From Nitrospirota bacterium (GTDB lineage Bacteria > Nitrospirota > Nitrospiria > Nitrospirales > Nitrospiraceae): 64,000 nucleotides of DNA. The DNA is taken from contig CAVPBK010000006.1 in NCBI GenBank assembly GCA_963701855.1, positions 1,504,001 through 1,568,000 of the forward strand, in the 5' to 3' direction. Positions 53,479 to 63,434 of the stretch are shown piece after piece (position 1 is the first letter of the stretch; the number at the start of each line of letters is the position of its first letter). Position numbers and translations under genes: made by a program. The notes below the pieces were generated by a model. That model saw only the letters and a list, made by a program, of their open reading frames with translations, was not told where the DNA came from and made no database searches.

Positions 53479-53767
53479 TCAGTGATAATCGGTGATTGCA
53501 ACCTCATACGGTTCGTCGGCCTTCCAGAGAAAACAAATCCTCCACTGATCGTTGATCCTGATGCTGTGCTGCCCGATCCGATCCGATCCGATCCCCTCTC
53601 AACATCTCCAACCGGTTTCCCGGTGGTGAAAGCAGGTCCTTGAGATCCGACTCGTTATCGAGCATTGTGAGTTTGCGTTCAGAAACCTTCTTGAAGCTGG
53701 AGAATTCCCTCACCATCTCTCCCGCAAAGAACTGCTGTGTCTTTTTGTCCCGGCACCTTCTGATCAC
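53479..53767 (-). pseudogene. higB: HigB (RelE-like) toxin frameshifted at a (GATCG)4 repeat
   Basis: PPGNRLE.LRGDR, then GQHSIRINDQWRICF.W...V.ITDYH* in another frame. Confidence 0.9.
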
Positions 53768-53809
53768 GATCTATAACCCACCTTAGTTTTACGAGTTACG
53801 TACTACGCA

Positions 53810-54001
53810 TGTGTTAATTTGTGCTGAAAATCTGCACAATGGATCGCATTCTACAGAATCAATGGAATGGATAGAATCGTCTCAAGTCCTTGTTCGCAAA
53901 GAAAAAACGGGGAAGCCTTCGCAAAATCAAGCCGGTGATATTTTATTCTTTTCGAGCTTTTAAGGCGAGGGTCCTGGGTTCGAGTCCCAGCCGGCTCACC
54001 A
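53810..54001 (+). repeat. att-like site: arm + tRNA-Lys(TTT) 3' half (53957-54001)
   Basis: CTTTTAA loop, GGCGA, CTGGGTTCGAGTCCCAG, ends CCA; no 5' half. Confidence 0.9.
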
Positions 54002-54499
54002 CATCTTTCAACAACTTCGATGCGTGCTGCTCGTCAGCCGATTCCTCGGGTACGGTTTTTGGTGCGGTTCCTAATCGGGTGAGACCCTCAACCGCATGGA
54101 ACAGGTGCGCCGGATGGGGCATTTTCGTACTTCGAAAATTTATAGAAAGTGAGCAATTGTGATCAGACAGATGTGATCCTACAGGCATAATGTTAGGTGC
54201 ATCAAAAGCTGTTTTCTTGCCAGGGGGCGGACATGCTTGCCAAAATCCATGTCAGCGGGTTGTCCTACTTTTGCACCGACGCTTCGTCAGGCCTTTATCC
54301 CGTTTGGCACGGAGGTGCTCGCACAAGTGGGTCCTCTCCCGAGACCGTCAAACATTAACGTGATGCGGGTCATAGGAGTTCACACTGATGGCGACGTTGA
54401 ATTCTCAGACCGTCCTGAATCAAGTCGAAGTATCCGCGATTCCGTCCGGTCAGAGAAACTGATGCTTGACTCCTTGAGAGCATCCGAGGGTGACAATCG

Positions 54500-54847
54500 A
54501 TGAAGCCTCAATTATTACAGTGTCAAAGCAATTGTCGGCCAGGATGCAGCATCCTGGCCCTCGTGATCGTTTTGTTCGTTCTGCCGTATTTTACTGATGT
54601 GGCCTACTATGCAGACCAAACCCCAACCCATGATGCACAAGAGAATTCAAAGGTTGAAGGAAAGTCTAAAGCGAACTATAACAAGACTCCTCTATCTGTC
54701 GCCGCCGTTCAAAGCGATTCTGTAGTTGGGCACAGTCTTACCTCACGGAATGTCTATAAGAGCATCCCCTCTCTGGCTAGCGGAACCTCCTCTTTTCAGA
54801 ATCTTTTTCTTACCTTGCTCATCTCCAGGCCTCCTCCCGTCGCGTAA
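54500..54847 (+). CDS. Small exported/membrane protein ending in SRPPP
   Basis: N-terminal hydrophobic segment; C-terminal LISRPPPVA. Confidence 0.6.
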   Translation: MKPQLLQCQSNCRPGCSILALVIVLFVLPYFTDVAYYADQTPTHDAQENSKVEGKSKANYNKTPLSVAAVQSDSVVGHSLTSRNVYKSIPSLASGTSSFQNLFLTLLISRPPPVA

Positions 54848-55105
54848 CCGATTCAGTCCTTCAATCTCGCGATGGGATAGAGATAAGCGTGAGTCGCTGG
54901 AGTGATTCGCCAATTTTGTCCCCTGCCAGACTTTCCCCTTTAGTTAGGGTGGGCTTGAACGCTCGAGGCTTTATTGAAGTCCGTTGAATTTTGAATGTGT
55001 GGCTCCCTCCGTGGAATTCTTCACGGAAACAAACCCAAATGGAGCCACTGAACAGGTCGATTCAAATCGAAACCGTAGGGCAGGAACCCTAGAACAGGGA
55101 AATGC

Positions 55106-56413
55106 ATGAATAGCGAGACTGATATTTTCACCAAGTGTCGTGCTTTTGAAGACGCGAAACGTGTGCAGGCTGCGGGTGTCTATCCATTTTTTAGACCGAT
55201 TGAAGCGACTATTGGATCTGCTGTTGTCACCCATGGCCGGCGTCGAGTGATGATCGGATCGAATAATTATTTGGGTTTGACTCATCACCCCCGCGTTCTA
55301 GCCGCAGCTAAAGCCGCAATTGATCATTTTGGGACGGGCTGCACGGGGTCCCGTTTTCTCAACGGGAACCTCGTCCTTCATGAACAGCTTGAGCAAGAGC
55401 TCGCGCATTTTCTTGGCAGGGAGGCGTGCCTGGTTTTTGCGACGGGCTTTATTGCTAATCAGGGAAGTATTTCCTGCATCGTTGGCCGCCACGATGTCAT
55501 TTATTGCGATCGTGAGAACCATGCCTCCATCATCGAAGCCACTCGGTTGGCGATTGGCGATACCATCAAGTTTCGCCACAATGATATGGCGGATTTGGAA
55601 CGAATTCTGATCCGCACTCGCGGAAAATATCAAGGCGCGTTGATTGTCGCCGACGGCGTATTCTCCATGTCGGGCGACATCTTCAAGTTCCCGGAAGCGG
55701 TTTCGTTGGCCAAAAAGTACCATTGCCGTATGTACATTGATGACGCGCATGCTTTGGGCGTCATGGGTCCCAAAGGCCAGGGCACTGAATCTCACTTCAA
55801 CATGCTGGGCGCAGCAGACCTGGTCATGGGAACATTTTCCAAGTCGTTTGCCTCGATCGGGGGTTATGTTGCGGGTGCCGCTGACGTAATCCATTATATC
55901 AAGCATAAGGCTCGATCGTTCATCTTCAGCGCCGCAATGCCTCCTGCCGCGGCGGCCGCGGCGTTGGAATGTCTCAAGATCGTGATGGAAGATACGTCAC
56001 ATCTTGAAAGCCTCTGGCGCAATGCCGGCAAGATGAATCAGGGTTTACGCCGAATGGGTTTTAATACATTGAATAGCAGTACTCCCATCATCCCTCTCTT
56101 TATTGGTGATGATCATAGGGCGTTTCAGTTTACCCAGAAGTTGTATGAACAGGGCGTTTTTGCAACCCCGGTGGTGTGTCCCGCGGTTCTAGAGGGCTGT
56201 GCGTTAATTCGTACAAGCTATATGGCCACCCACACCAATGAGGATCTGGATTACGCTCTCAATACCCTTGAAACGTTAGGTAAGGAATTCGGAATCATTG
56301 GTAAGCGTGGTCGCCATCAAGAACATGCCTTTCTTGAGCAGCCGCATTTTGGAATTTCAAGTGTTGACCTGATTAAGGTAAAACAGCCTAGGGTGTTGTT
56401 GAAGGTGAGCTAA
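55106..56413 (+). CDS. spt: Serine palmitoyltransferase-like alpha-oxoamine synthase
   Basis: GVYPFFRPI, GSNNYLGL, GTGCTGSRFLNG, NHASI, DDAH, GTFSKS, FIFSAA. Confidence 0.75.
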   Translation: MNSETDIFTKCRAFEDAKRVQAAGVYPFFRPIEATIGSAVVTHGRRRVMIGSNNYLGLTHHPRVLAAAKAAIDHFGTGCTGSRFLNGNLVLHEQLEQELAHFLGREACLVFATGFIANQGSISCIVGRHDVIYCDRENHASIIEATRLAIGDTIKFRHNDMADLERILIRTRGKYQGALIVADGVFSMSGDIFKFPEAVSLAKKYHCRMYIDDAHALGVMGPKGQGTESHFNMLGAADLVMGTFSKSFASIGGYVAGAADVIHYIKHKARSFIFSAAMPPAAAAAALECLKIVMEDTSHLESLWRNAGKMNQGLRRMGFNTLNSSTPIIPLFIGDDHRAFQFTQKLYEQGVFATPVVCPAVLEGCALIRTSYMATHTNEDLDYALNTLETLGKEFGIIGKRGRHQEHAFLEQPHFGISSVDLIKVKQPRVLLKVS

Positions 56414-56588
56414 GCCCGGGTCCGACTTGGATACTTTTGGTGATGTTGCTTGGGGAGTTTATACGAGCGATCCATATTGAGTTCGGCCTTTGCGTGTCGC
56501 TGTCCGCGATCTTCTGGATGGTGAGGAAGAACCTACTGCTGTCCAAGACAGGATTTACCCCACGACGATCAACTCAACCGGCGAAAAC

Positions 56589-56984
56589 ATGAATTGGCAT
56601 AGGTTGGCTTGGATGCAGCGTATTGCGGCGGCCGCGATCGTAGTATTTTGGATCACGTTCTGGGCAGATCATGACGGCGTACTCCCAGATGTCTTGGATT
56701 ATGAGTCGAATTTCTTCATCCCAGACCTAGTTTGGATCGCGGGACTCTTACTAACTGCCAGTTATTGGCTCAAGAACAACGACACTCGTGGGATTGTGGC
56801 AAGTTCTGCAGCGGCGGGCGGACTGGTTTTTCTGGGTCTACTGGACGTTCATTTTAACTGGCGCCACGGTCAATACGTCTCTTCACCCCAAGGTTGGCTC
56901 AACGTGGTTGTGAATGTCGGATGCATCTGGTTTGGCCTCTGGACCCTCGTCGTGATGATGCGCGGTTCTGTGAGGGAGAAGTGA
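56589..56984 (+). CDS. Four-TM membrane protein
   Basis: Hydrophobic pattern; YESNF.IPD; GTGA overlap with the SDR. Confidence 0.7.
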   Translation: MNWHRLAWMQRIAAAAIVVFWITFWADHDGVLPDVLDYESNFFIPDLVWIAGLLLTASYWLKNNDTRGIVASSAAAGGLVFLGLLDVHFNWRHGQYVSSPQGWLNVVVNVGCIWFGLWTLVVMMRGSVREK

Positions 56985-57859
56985 CGGAAAAGCGGATCCT
57001 AGTGACGGGAGCGTCATCCGGAATCGGCCGGGCTTGCGTCTTGCGATTGGCAGCTGCGGGCCACCGGGTGATTGGGGTGTCCCGATCGGAAATCGCGACC
57101 GATGCGAAGTCCGGCCCTGGGCCACTTTCCGGCAACATCGAGTACTTGCGGATGGACATCGCGGATGCGGATACAGTGCAGCAAACAGTGGAAGAAGCTG
57201 TCAGTAGGATGAGTCGGCTCGACGCGGTTATCAACTCGGCAGGCATCGCGGTAGCAGGATCGCTGGAGGATACGCCTCTGGAACTTGTACGCTCACAGAT
57301 GGAGACGAATCTGCTCGGGGCTATCTACTTGACGCGCGCAGCAGTACCGCATCTTCGCCGTAGTGCTCCCAGCTGCCTGATCCACGTTTCTTCTCTGGCT
57401 GGAGAAGTTGCGCTTCCGTATCAGGCGCTCTACTGTGCCACCAAATTCGGGCTGAATGGGTTATGCGAGGCGCTCCGCTACGAACTCGAGCCGCAAGGGA
57501 TTCGGGTAATATCGGTCCAGCCGGGCAGTGTACAAACGGAGCTGACTAAGAACCGTCAGACCGTTGCTGCCAGCGAGCCCTATCAGGCTTCGGCTAACGC
57601 AGCGCTGGCTGTAAACGATGCTGACGAGGAATCCGGAGTGGGTCCGGACGTAGTTGCTCAGATGGTGGAGGAAGCGATTTGCGATGAGAAGGCAATGGGG
57701 TGGCAAACCGTCGGTCACTTTAAGGAGCGGATAACTGTCCCCGCGCGGCGCCTATTGCCAGATCGCTGGTTTCGACGAATCATCGCATCTCATTACGCTA
57801 TTGCCTCGGCTCACTTCAAGCAACGCGCAGGGAAAGCACCGGATGACGAGGTGGGCTGA
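56981..57859 (+). CDS. Short-chain dehydrogenase/reductase
   Basis: TGASSGIG, NSAG, YCATK. Confidence 0.95.
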   Translation: MTEKRILVTGASSGIGRACVLRLAAAGHRVIGVSRSEIATDAKSGPGPLSGNIEYLRMDIADADTVQQTVEEAVSRMSRLDAVINSAGIAVAGSLEDTPLELVRSQMETNLLGAIYLTRAAVPHLRRSAPSCLIHVSSLAGEVALPYQALYCATKFGLNGLCEALRYELEPQGIRVISVQPGSVQTELTKNRQTVAASEPYQASANAALAVNDADEESGVGPDVVAQMVEEAICDEKAMGWQTVGHFKERITVPARRLLPDRWFRRIIASHYAIASAHFKQRAGKAPDDEVG

Positions 57860-57963
57860 CGCCAATTCAGCACCTCTTATAGTCAAAATTTGTGGGTTCT
57901 TGCGCTGTGGTGTTTCAGCATTTCACCCAGTCTGTCTCAACCGAGGGGTTCACCCCAAAGGGA

Positions 57964-58148
57964 TGTGCTAAATTCGTGCTAGAAATCTTCACAATGTGGA
58001 TCGCATTCTACAGAATCAATGGAATGGATAGAATCGTCTCAAGTCCTTGTTCGAAAAGAAAAACGGGGAAGCCTTCGCAAAATCAAGCCGGTGATATTTT
58101 AGTCTTTTCGAGCTTTTAAGGCGAGGGTCCTGGGTTCGAGTCCCAGCC
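57964..58148 (+). repeat. att-like site: arm + tRNA-Lys(TTT) fragment (58113-58148)
   Basis: Near-identical to 53810-53992; acceptor strand diverged; GGGGTTCACCCC upstream. Confidence 0.9.
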
Positions 58149-58348
58149 ACCGCACCGCTTCGTACTGTAGACAGAACCTTCAAAACGAATTTCTACTTTG
58201 TCATTCCTGGGAACCATCTTCCAGCGCCAACTTGCAAGGAGTTGTAGCTCGTTTTAGTCAAAAACGTGTCGCGCAAAACCCGATTCATTTGCAACCTTGC
58301 ATAGTAGTGCTATCTTAACCGTAAGAGCCACGAATGGAGGTTTGTTCC

Positions 58349-58801
58349 ATGAAGCCTATTCTCTATCACGACATTGACGGTGTGTTATTCGGTGAGTACG
58401 CCGGAGAATTCCAGCTCCGTCCAGGTACGAAGACGTGGATCAAGTGGGCGCGGGAACACTTCGACATTGTGTTTCTTACCATGTGGAAACACGAAGAGAT
58501 TGATACACTGTTAGCCGTTCTCACAGTGGAGAAATGCATGAAATCCCTTCAAGCTCCAGGCTTCCATTCGGCAAACTGGCAGAAGTACGAAAACAAGGAA
58601 CTCTGGGTGGCTGATGCGGTAGCGAAGACCGGCAAACGTGACTGGCTTTGGATCGATGATGAGGTGCCAAACGTGGATAGGCTCCAGCACCTTGGCCTTG
58701 ATCCGAATCGGTGTTTCAAGGTCAACTCAAAGGGAGCCAACGAGCTAGAAGTGCTCAAAGAAAAACTGCTCCAACTTCTCAGCCGTCCCCAAGCTGCATA
58801 A
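58349..58801 (+). CDS. Capless HAD-like protein
   Basis: LYHDIDGVL, FLTMW, K, WLWIDDE; GGAGG RBS. Confidence 0.75.
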   Translation: MKPILYHDIDGVLFGEYAGEFQLRPGTKTWIKWAREHFDIVFLTMWKHEEIDTLLAVLTVEKCMKSLQAPGFHSANWQKYENKELWVADAVAKTGKRDWLWIDDEVPNVDRLQHLGLDPNRCFKVNSKGANELEVLKEKLLQLLSRPQAA

Positions 58802-58833
58802 GCCTTAAAAATCTTGCCAAAAATGTGTCAGGG

Positions 58834-59780
58834 TGAGCTTCCCCCGAAATTTCGTCTTCCAAGGGTGACGTAGAATCGCAGTCATCATGAAAGGGAGGGC
58901 GATGAAGATACCGAAGCAGCACTATCCGAGCGAGTTCAAGGACTTGGCGGTGAAGCGAGTCAAAGACGGACTGTCAGCTGGCGCGGCGGCCAAGGAGTTG
59001 GGGCTGGTCGAACAAACGCGACGGAACTGGGTCAAGGCGGCCGCGGCAGACACGCTCAACGGGGCGGGAGCTCCGGTGGTCACACCGGAGCAGATGGCAC
59101 TATCACGACTGCGCGCCGAGCACGTGCGACTGAAGCGGGGAACGAAATCCTAAAAAAAGCGACGGCAGACTTCGCAAGGGACACGCTGTGACGTATGCCT
59201 GGATGGACGTGCAGCGCATGGCCTACACCCTGGACAAGATGTGTGCGGTCCTGGCGGTGAGCGAAAGCGGTTATCGCGCCTGGAAGCACGGCGGCACGCC
59301 CGATCGCACACGGCTGACAGACGCCCAGATGCTGGCGCTGACCCGCGCCAGTCACACAGAACTCAAGGGCGCCTACGGTGATCAACGCACTGACGATGGC
59401 GTGGTTCCGACGGAAACCGGCCGTGGGGCTGCTGCATCACTCGGATCGGGGCAGCCAGTACGCCAGCCAACCCTTCCAGGTCAAGCTGACGGTCTATGGC
59501 ATGGAGGGCTCCATGAGTCGCAAGGAAAATTGTTGGGATAACGCGCCCATCTAGAGTTGGTTCAACAGTTTTAAGAACGAGCGGGTCCATGGGTTGCGTT
59601 ATGCCACACGCGCAGAGATGACGGCGGCGAGCTTCGAGTACATTGAGGTGTTCTACAACCGGACGCGACGGCACTCGAGGTTGGGCTACCAGTACCGATG
59701 CAGTTTCTGGAGGATTGGCGTCTGGCTCAACATGAGAAAAACCTGGTAGCATGAAACTCGCCCGATGGAAGACGAAAAAC
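58834..59780 (+). mobile_element. IS3-family element, degenerate (internal deletion, truncated right end)
   Basis: orfA Y.SEFK..AVK; A7 slippery run ~59152; [38 protein letters not shown] / TGGAAGACGAAA. Confidence 0.9.
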
Positions 59781-59782
59781 AG

Positions 59783-59875
59783 CCCTATGATTCCAGCAGT
59801 CCACGAATCCCTCTACGGCCCCGGCCTTCGGATCGAAGGGCGCCGATCCACCAGCTGAATCGCTCTAGGTGATCG
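59783..59875 (+). pseudogene. 3' remnant of an NPYG gene and its conserved downstream sequence
   Basis: CCAGCAGTCCACGAATCC..GGCCTTCGGATCGAAGGGCG..GCTGAATCGCTC..GTGATC. Confidence 0.7.
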
Positions 59876-60031
59876 CAAGGATACCGTTCATATTTGTTTC
59901 CCTCTCAGTGACATGCTAGCCTTCCTGGTGTCCTTCCTGAACGGAGATCCCATTCCGCACCAACTTTGCATCCAGTCCTGCCGAGTGTTGCTTCTCATCC
60001 GTGGATTTCCTTGCCAACGAGCTACAACCTA

Positions 60032-60568
60032 ATGGACCCGATCACGCACACGTGTTCCGGCATTCTACTGGGGCAGGGGTTGCGTCCACTCACGGCGGTG
60101 CGGAAGACGACGCTGCTGGTGGCCGGACTGGCTGCCTTCGCGCTGGATGTCGATTCCGTCAGTTATCTCTGGGGATCAGACGCCTTTTATCGTGTGCATC
60201 ATACCTACACGCATACGTTTGTGGGCCTTGTCGTGGTGGCGCTGGTGCTGGCCGCAATCGAGAGCCGCTGGCTCAAGACTCTGTCCTTCGCGCGTCTGCT
60301 GGGGATCAACCTGGGCGGAGGCGCGATCCATCTGTGCGGCGACATGATCGCACTCTGGCCGCTCCGCATCCTCTGGCCATTCAGCGATCATGATTTCGTT
60401 CTCAAATGGACCAGTGACTTCGATTATGTGGTGCTCGCGGTGGTGGTCGTCGCGACCGGCTTATCTGAAACGGATGGCTTTCAGCACCGTGCTCCCTGGA
60501 TCATTGCCGGAGCATTCCTTCTACTGGTTGCCTATTTCCTGTTCATCCCCGGTTGGGGAGCGGCGTGA
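60032..60568 (+). CDS. Membrane-bound metal-dependent hydrolase (YdjM-like)
   Basis: MDPITH, DVD, HHTYTH, HLCGD. Confidence 0.8.
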   Translation: MDPITHTCSGILLGQGLRPLTAVRKTTLLVAGLAAFALDVDSVSYLWGSDAFYRVHHTYTHTFVGLVVVALVLAAIESRWLKTLSFARLLGINLGGGAIHLCGDMIALWPLRILWPFSDHDFVLKWTSDFDYVVLAVVVVATGLSETDGFQHRAPWIIAGAFLLLVAYFLFIPGWGAA

Positions 60569-61092
60569 ACCCGGTCATGTATCCGCTCACCTCCTGGGTT
60601 GGTCTTCCCCTGATTTTGTAGACACCTTCCACGCATAATCAGCGAAGGGAGGTACCTCATGGGCCAGCAGCGACAAAGCTTCCTGTCCACATGTTAAGTG
60701 GGCCACAACATGTAAATTGAACGACCTCCTCCTAGGCTCACGGCTGTATCGTTTCCTCTCCTCCGTATTGATTCCCATTCACACGTCCTGCGCCTCAAGA
60801 TCTTCCCCATATACAATTCACGCACATGCGAATCATCATGAGCGGTGTCCTCTCGGCATGAGAGTTGCGTTCCACTCGCGTATTATCGGATGCACACGTC
60901 AAGACTGAACCGGGCCGAAGGGAAACCAACATATTTAAATGGTTGGACAAGTTTACGAATCGATAATAAATTACTCATCTGTACGTAACACCTGAACTGT
61001 ACGGTATATCTAGTAGGGTACGGTTATGACAACCCCAAACAGATGGGTGGTCAACAAGTGAAGGAATCTCTTAGGAAGGAGACGATCCGTTT

Positions 61093-61332
61093 ATGCATGG
61101 AACTGAAGCCGCTCACATCCCTGATGGAAGGATCCGGATCAAGGTTCCCGAAGTCAAAGGCTCCCATGCAATGGCCGGCGAAATGGAGAGCCAGTTGACC
61201 AAGTTGGAGGGTGTGGCCCATGTGAAGGTCAACCTGCTAACTGGGTCTGTCCTGGTCCTATTCGATGCTCAGGTCATTAGCCACTATCAAGTCTTTGCCG
61301 TGATCAACGACCTCACGTGCTTGATCGGGTAG
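61093..61332 (+). CDS. HMA2-like domain protein, possibly truncated
   Basis: H.PDGRIRIK, GV..V.VN.LTGSVLV.FD. Confidence 0.7.
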   Translation: MHGTEAAHIPDGRIRIKVPEVKGSHAMAGEMESQLTKLEGVAHVKVNLLTGSVLVLFDAQVISHYQVFAVINDLTCLIG

Positions 61333-61601
61333 GCCTCCGTTTCTCTTCGCTCGCACCATGCCGCCAGTACGTCGCACGTTCAAGACCACGATGAACGCAC
61401 GACATCGCTCCGTGAGCTGACAACAATAGTCGGAGAAAGATGAGAAATGGTTATGGGTATTACGCTAGAACAACAGACAGAGAACGTTCAGATTGCCGAT
61501 GTCAGAAGACAGGCGGAAGAAGGCGACGCAGAGGTGCACTACCGCCTCGGGGTACTGCATCAGAAAGGACCGCGTTCAACCGTACAGCGGTGCAGGGGTT
61601 T

Positions 61602-62243
61602 ATGAGCAAGATATATCCGTCTATGGCAGTGTTGGTCCTCGCCCTCGTTGGCCCGGTGGGTTGTGACTACAAATCGCACGCGGTCGGGGAGACGAATCCA
61701 GTCCGTGTCGCGGAGATGAAGCAGTCCCTTCGCAGTCTCTGGCTTGGGCACATCTATTGGGTTCAGCACGCCTTGTTGAACAACGCGACGAACAGTCTGG
61801 CAGAGCGGAATGCCGCCGAGAAGGAAGTCGTGGCCAACGCCAAACTGATTGCGAACATGGTGACGCCGTTCTATGGCGAAGCACGGTCTGAGCAGCTCTT
61901 TACGTTGCTGATCAGCCATGTTGCCGCCATCAAAGAATACTCCGAGGCCACCGTCGCGGGGCATACGGGCCGGCAGGAGGCTGCGCTGGCCCGCTTGGCG
62001 TCCAATGTCGACGACCTCGCCGAATTTTTCAACGGAGCCAATCCCTCCTACCTGCCGAAAGACACCGTTCGGGGCCTGATCGCGGCGCATGTCGCGCACC
62101 ATGTCCTCCAAATCAACCAGTACAAGAACAAGGAATATGCGCACCTAGGGGAAACCTGGCCGATGATGCGACAACACGTCTATCTCATTGCCGATACACT
62201 CACGGCAGCATTGGTGAAGCAGTTTCCGAGCGAGTTCTCGTAA
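61602..62243 (+). CDS. His-containing helical-bundle lipoprotein of unknown function
   Basis: VGC lipobox-like; LW.GHIYW, LL.SH, HVAHH, KQFP.EF. Confidence 0.75.
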   Translation: MSKIYPSMAVLVLALVGPVGCDYKSHAVGETNPVRVAEMKQSLRSLWLGHIYWVQHALLNNATNSLAERNAAEKEVVANAKLIANMVTPFYGEARSEQLFTLLISHVAAIKEYSEATVAGHTGRQEAALARLASNVDDLAEFFNGANPSYLPKDTVRGLIAAHVAHHVLQINQYKNKEYAHLGETWPMMRQHVYLIADTLTAALVKQFPSEFS

Positions 62244-62644
62244 CGGGCGAGAGAGGTCGTCGCCTCTGTCGATTCCGAGGAGTTGAGCCGCATGTTCGGC
62301 TGTACTCGATCCCCAAGCTCATTACGTACGGCAGCTGCGAGGATCAGTGAAGCGGGCAGTTGCCCGCATTGCGGCTGCGTCACCAGAGCCAGATGCACAG
62401 ACAGAGTCCCACTCCATCGCGCAACACCTGCCAGTCTTCTTCTTACAAAATAAGAAATACGGGGCCCTGACCCGGACCAGCCCCTCAAATCGGGGAGAGG
62501 AGCTCCGTCTACAACGAGTATCGAATTCTCAGGCGCGAAGTGGGCGTCAAATCAGCGAATGAGAAGAGGGGCAGACCTGATCACAAAACAGATGATTGAG
62601 AGACAATATGATCGCTCTCTGTACCCATAGTCTCGCATTACTTG

Positions 62645-63434
62645 TTATATGCCTGCGTACCATTCATATCCTTGATCTTCCCAGTATCCACCTTTCCCTC
62701 CTCCGATACCGGAAAGCGTCTCCACCAATTCGATCATCATCACATATTTGGCATGCTTGTAGCCAAGCTGCCGTTCGAAGCGGAGACGGAGCGGCGCACC
62801 ATGCGGTACATCGAGGGGATTGCCCGTTGAGCTCATAGGCCAGGATCGTTTGCGGGTGATAGCAATCGGCCAGGACCATGCTCTCGTAGTAGGCCACGCC
62901 TTCATCGTCCACATCGGCGCAATGGAAGACGGCGAACTCGGCATTCGGCAACGGCTGAACCGTATGCATCAGGTTGCCGAGCGGGACACCGGTCCACTTG
63001 CCGATGGCGCTCCAGCCTTCGACGCAGTCGTGGCGAGTGATTTGTGTCCGCGATGGTAACTCTTTGAGCGCCGCGAGCGACCAACTCGTAGGAGCCTGAA
63101 CCAAGCCGCCGATCACGACCGTCCATTCAGCAAACTTCTGCGCCACGTGCTCGGCATAGTCATCCGTGCCCGGATCGGTATTCCCGTTCGCCGGAAACAC
63201 CTTCGAGATGTCGGCGTCCCCATATTCTTTGGCGAGGGCGTTCGTGGGCGTGACGGCCCGTTGGACTCGTTCAGTCAGTTTCTCCGTCTTGCTCAAGACC
63301 GAAGGGAACCAACTGCTCTGCGTCAGGTTGTCGCAGCCGGCAAGGGCCACGAGACTTGCGGCCCCTAACGTCCCTTTCAGAAACTGTCTCCGTTCCATTG
63401 CACGTTCATGCTTCACGACTCGCTCCTTCTTCAT
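62645..63434 (-). pseudogene. Tat-exported sulfite-oxidase-family molybdoenzyme (MsrP-like), 1-nt frameshift near 62819
   Basis: RRQFLK, HDCVEGWS, ILAYELNG | HGAPLRL..QLGYKHAK. Confidence 0.85.

Noticed and set aside
54305..54320. Sigma54 promoter TGGCACGGAGGTGC
   Set aside because: GG-GC spacing is 9 nt, not the required 10
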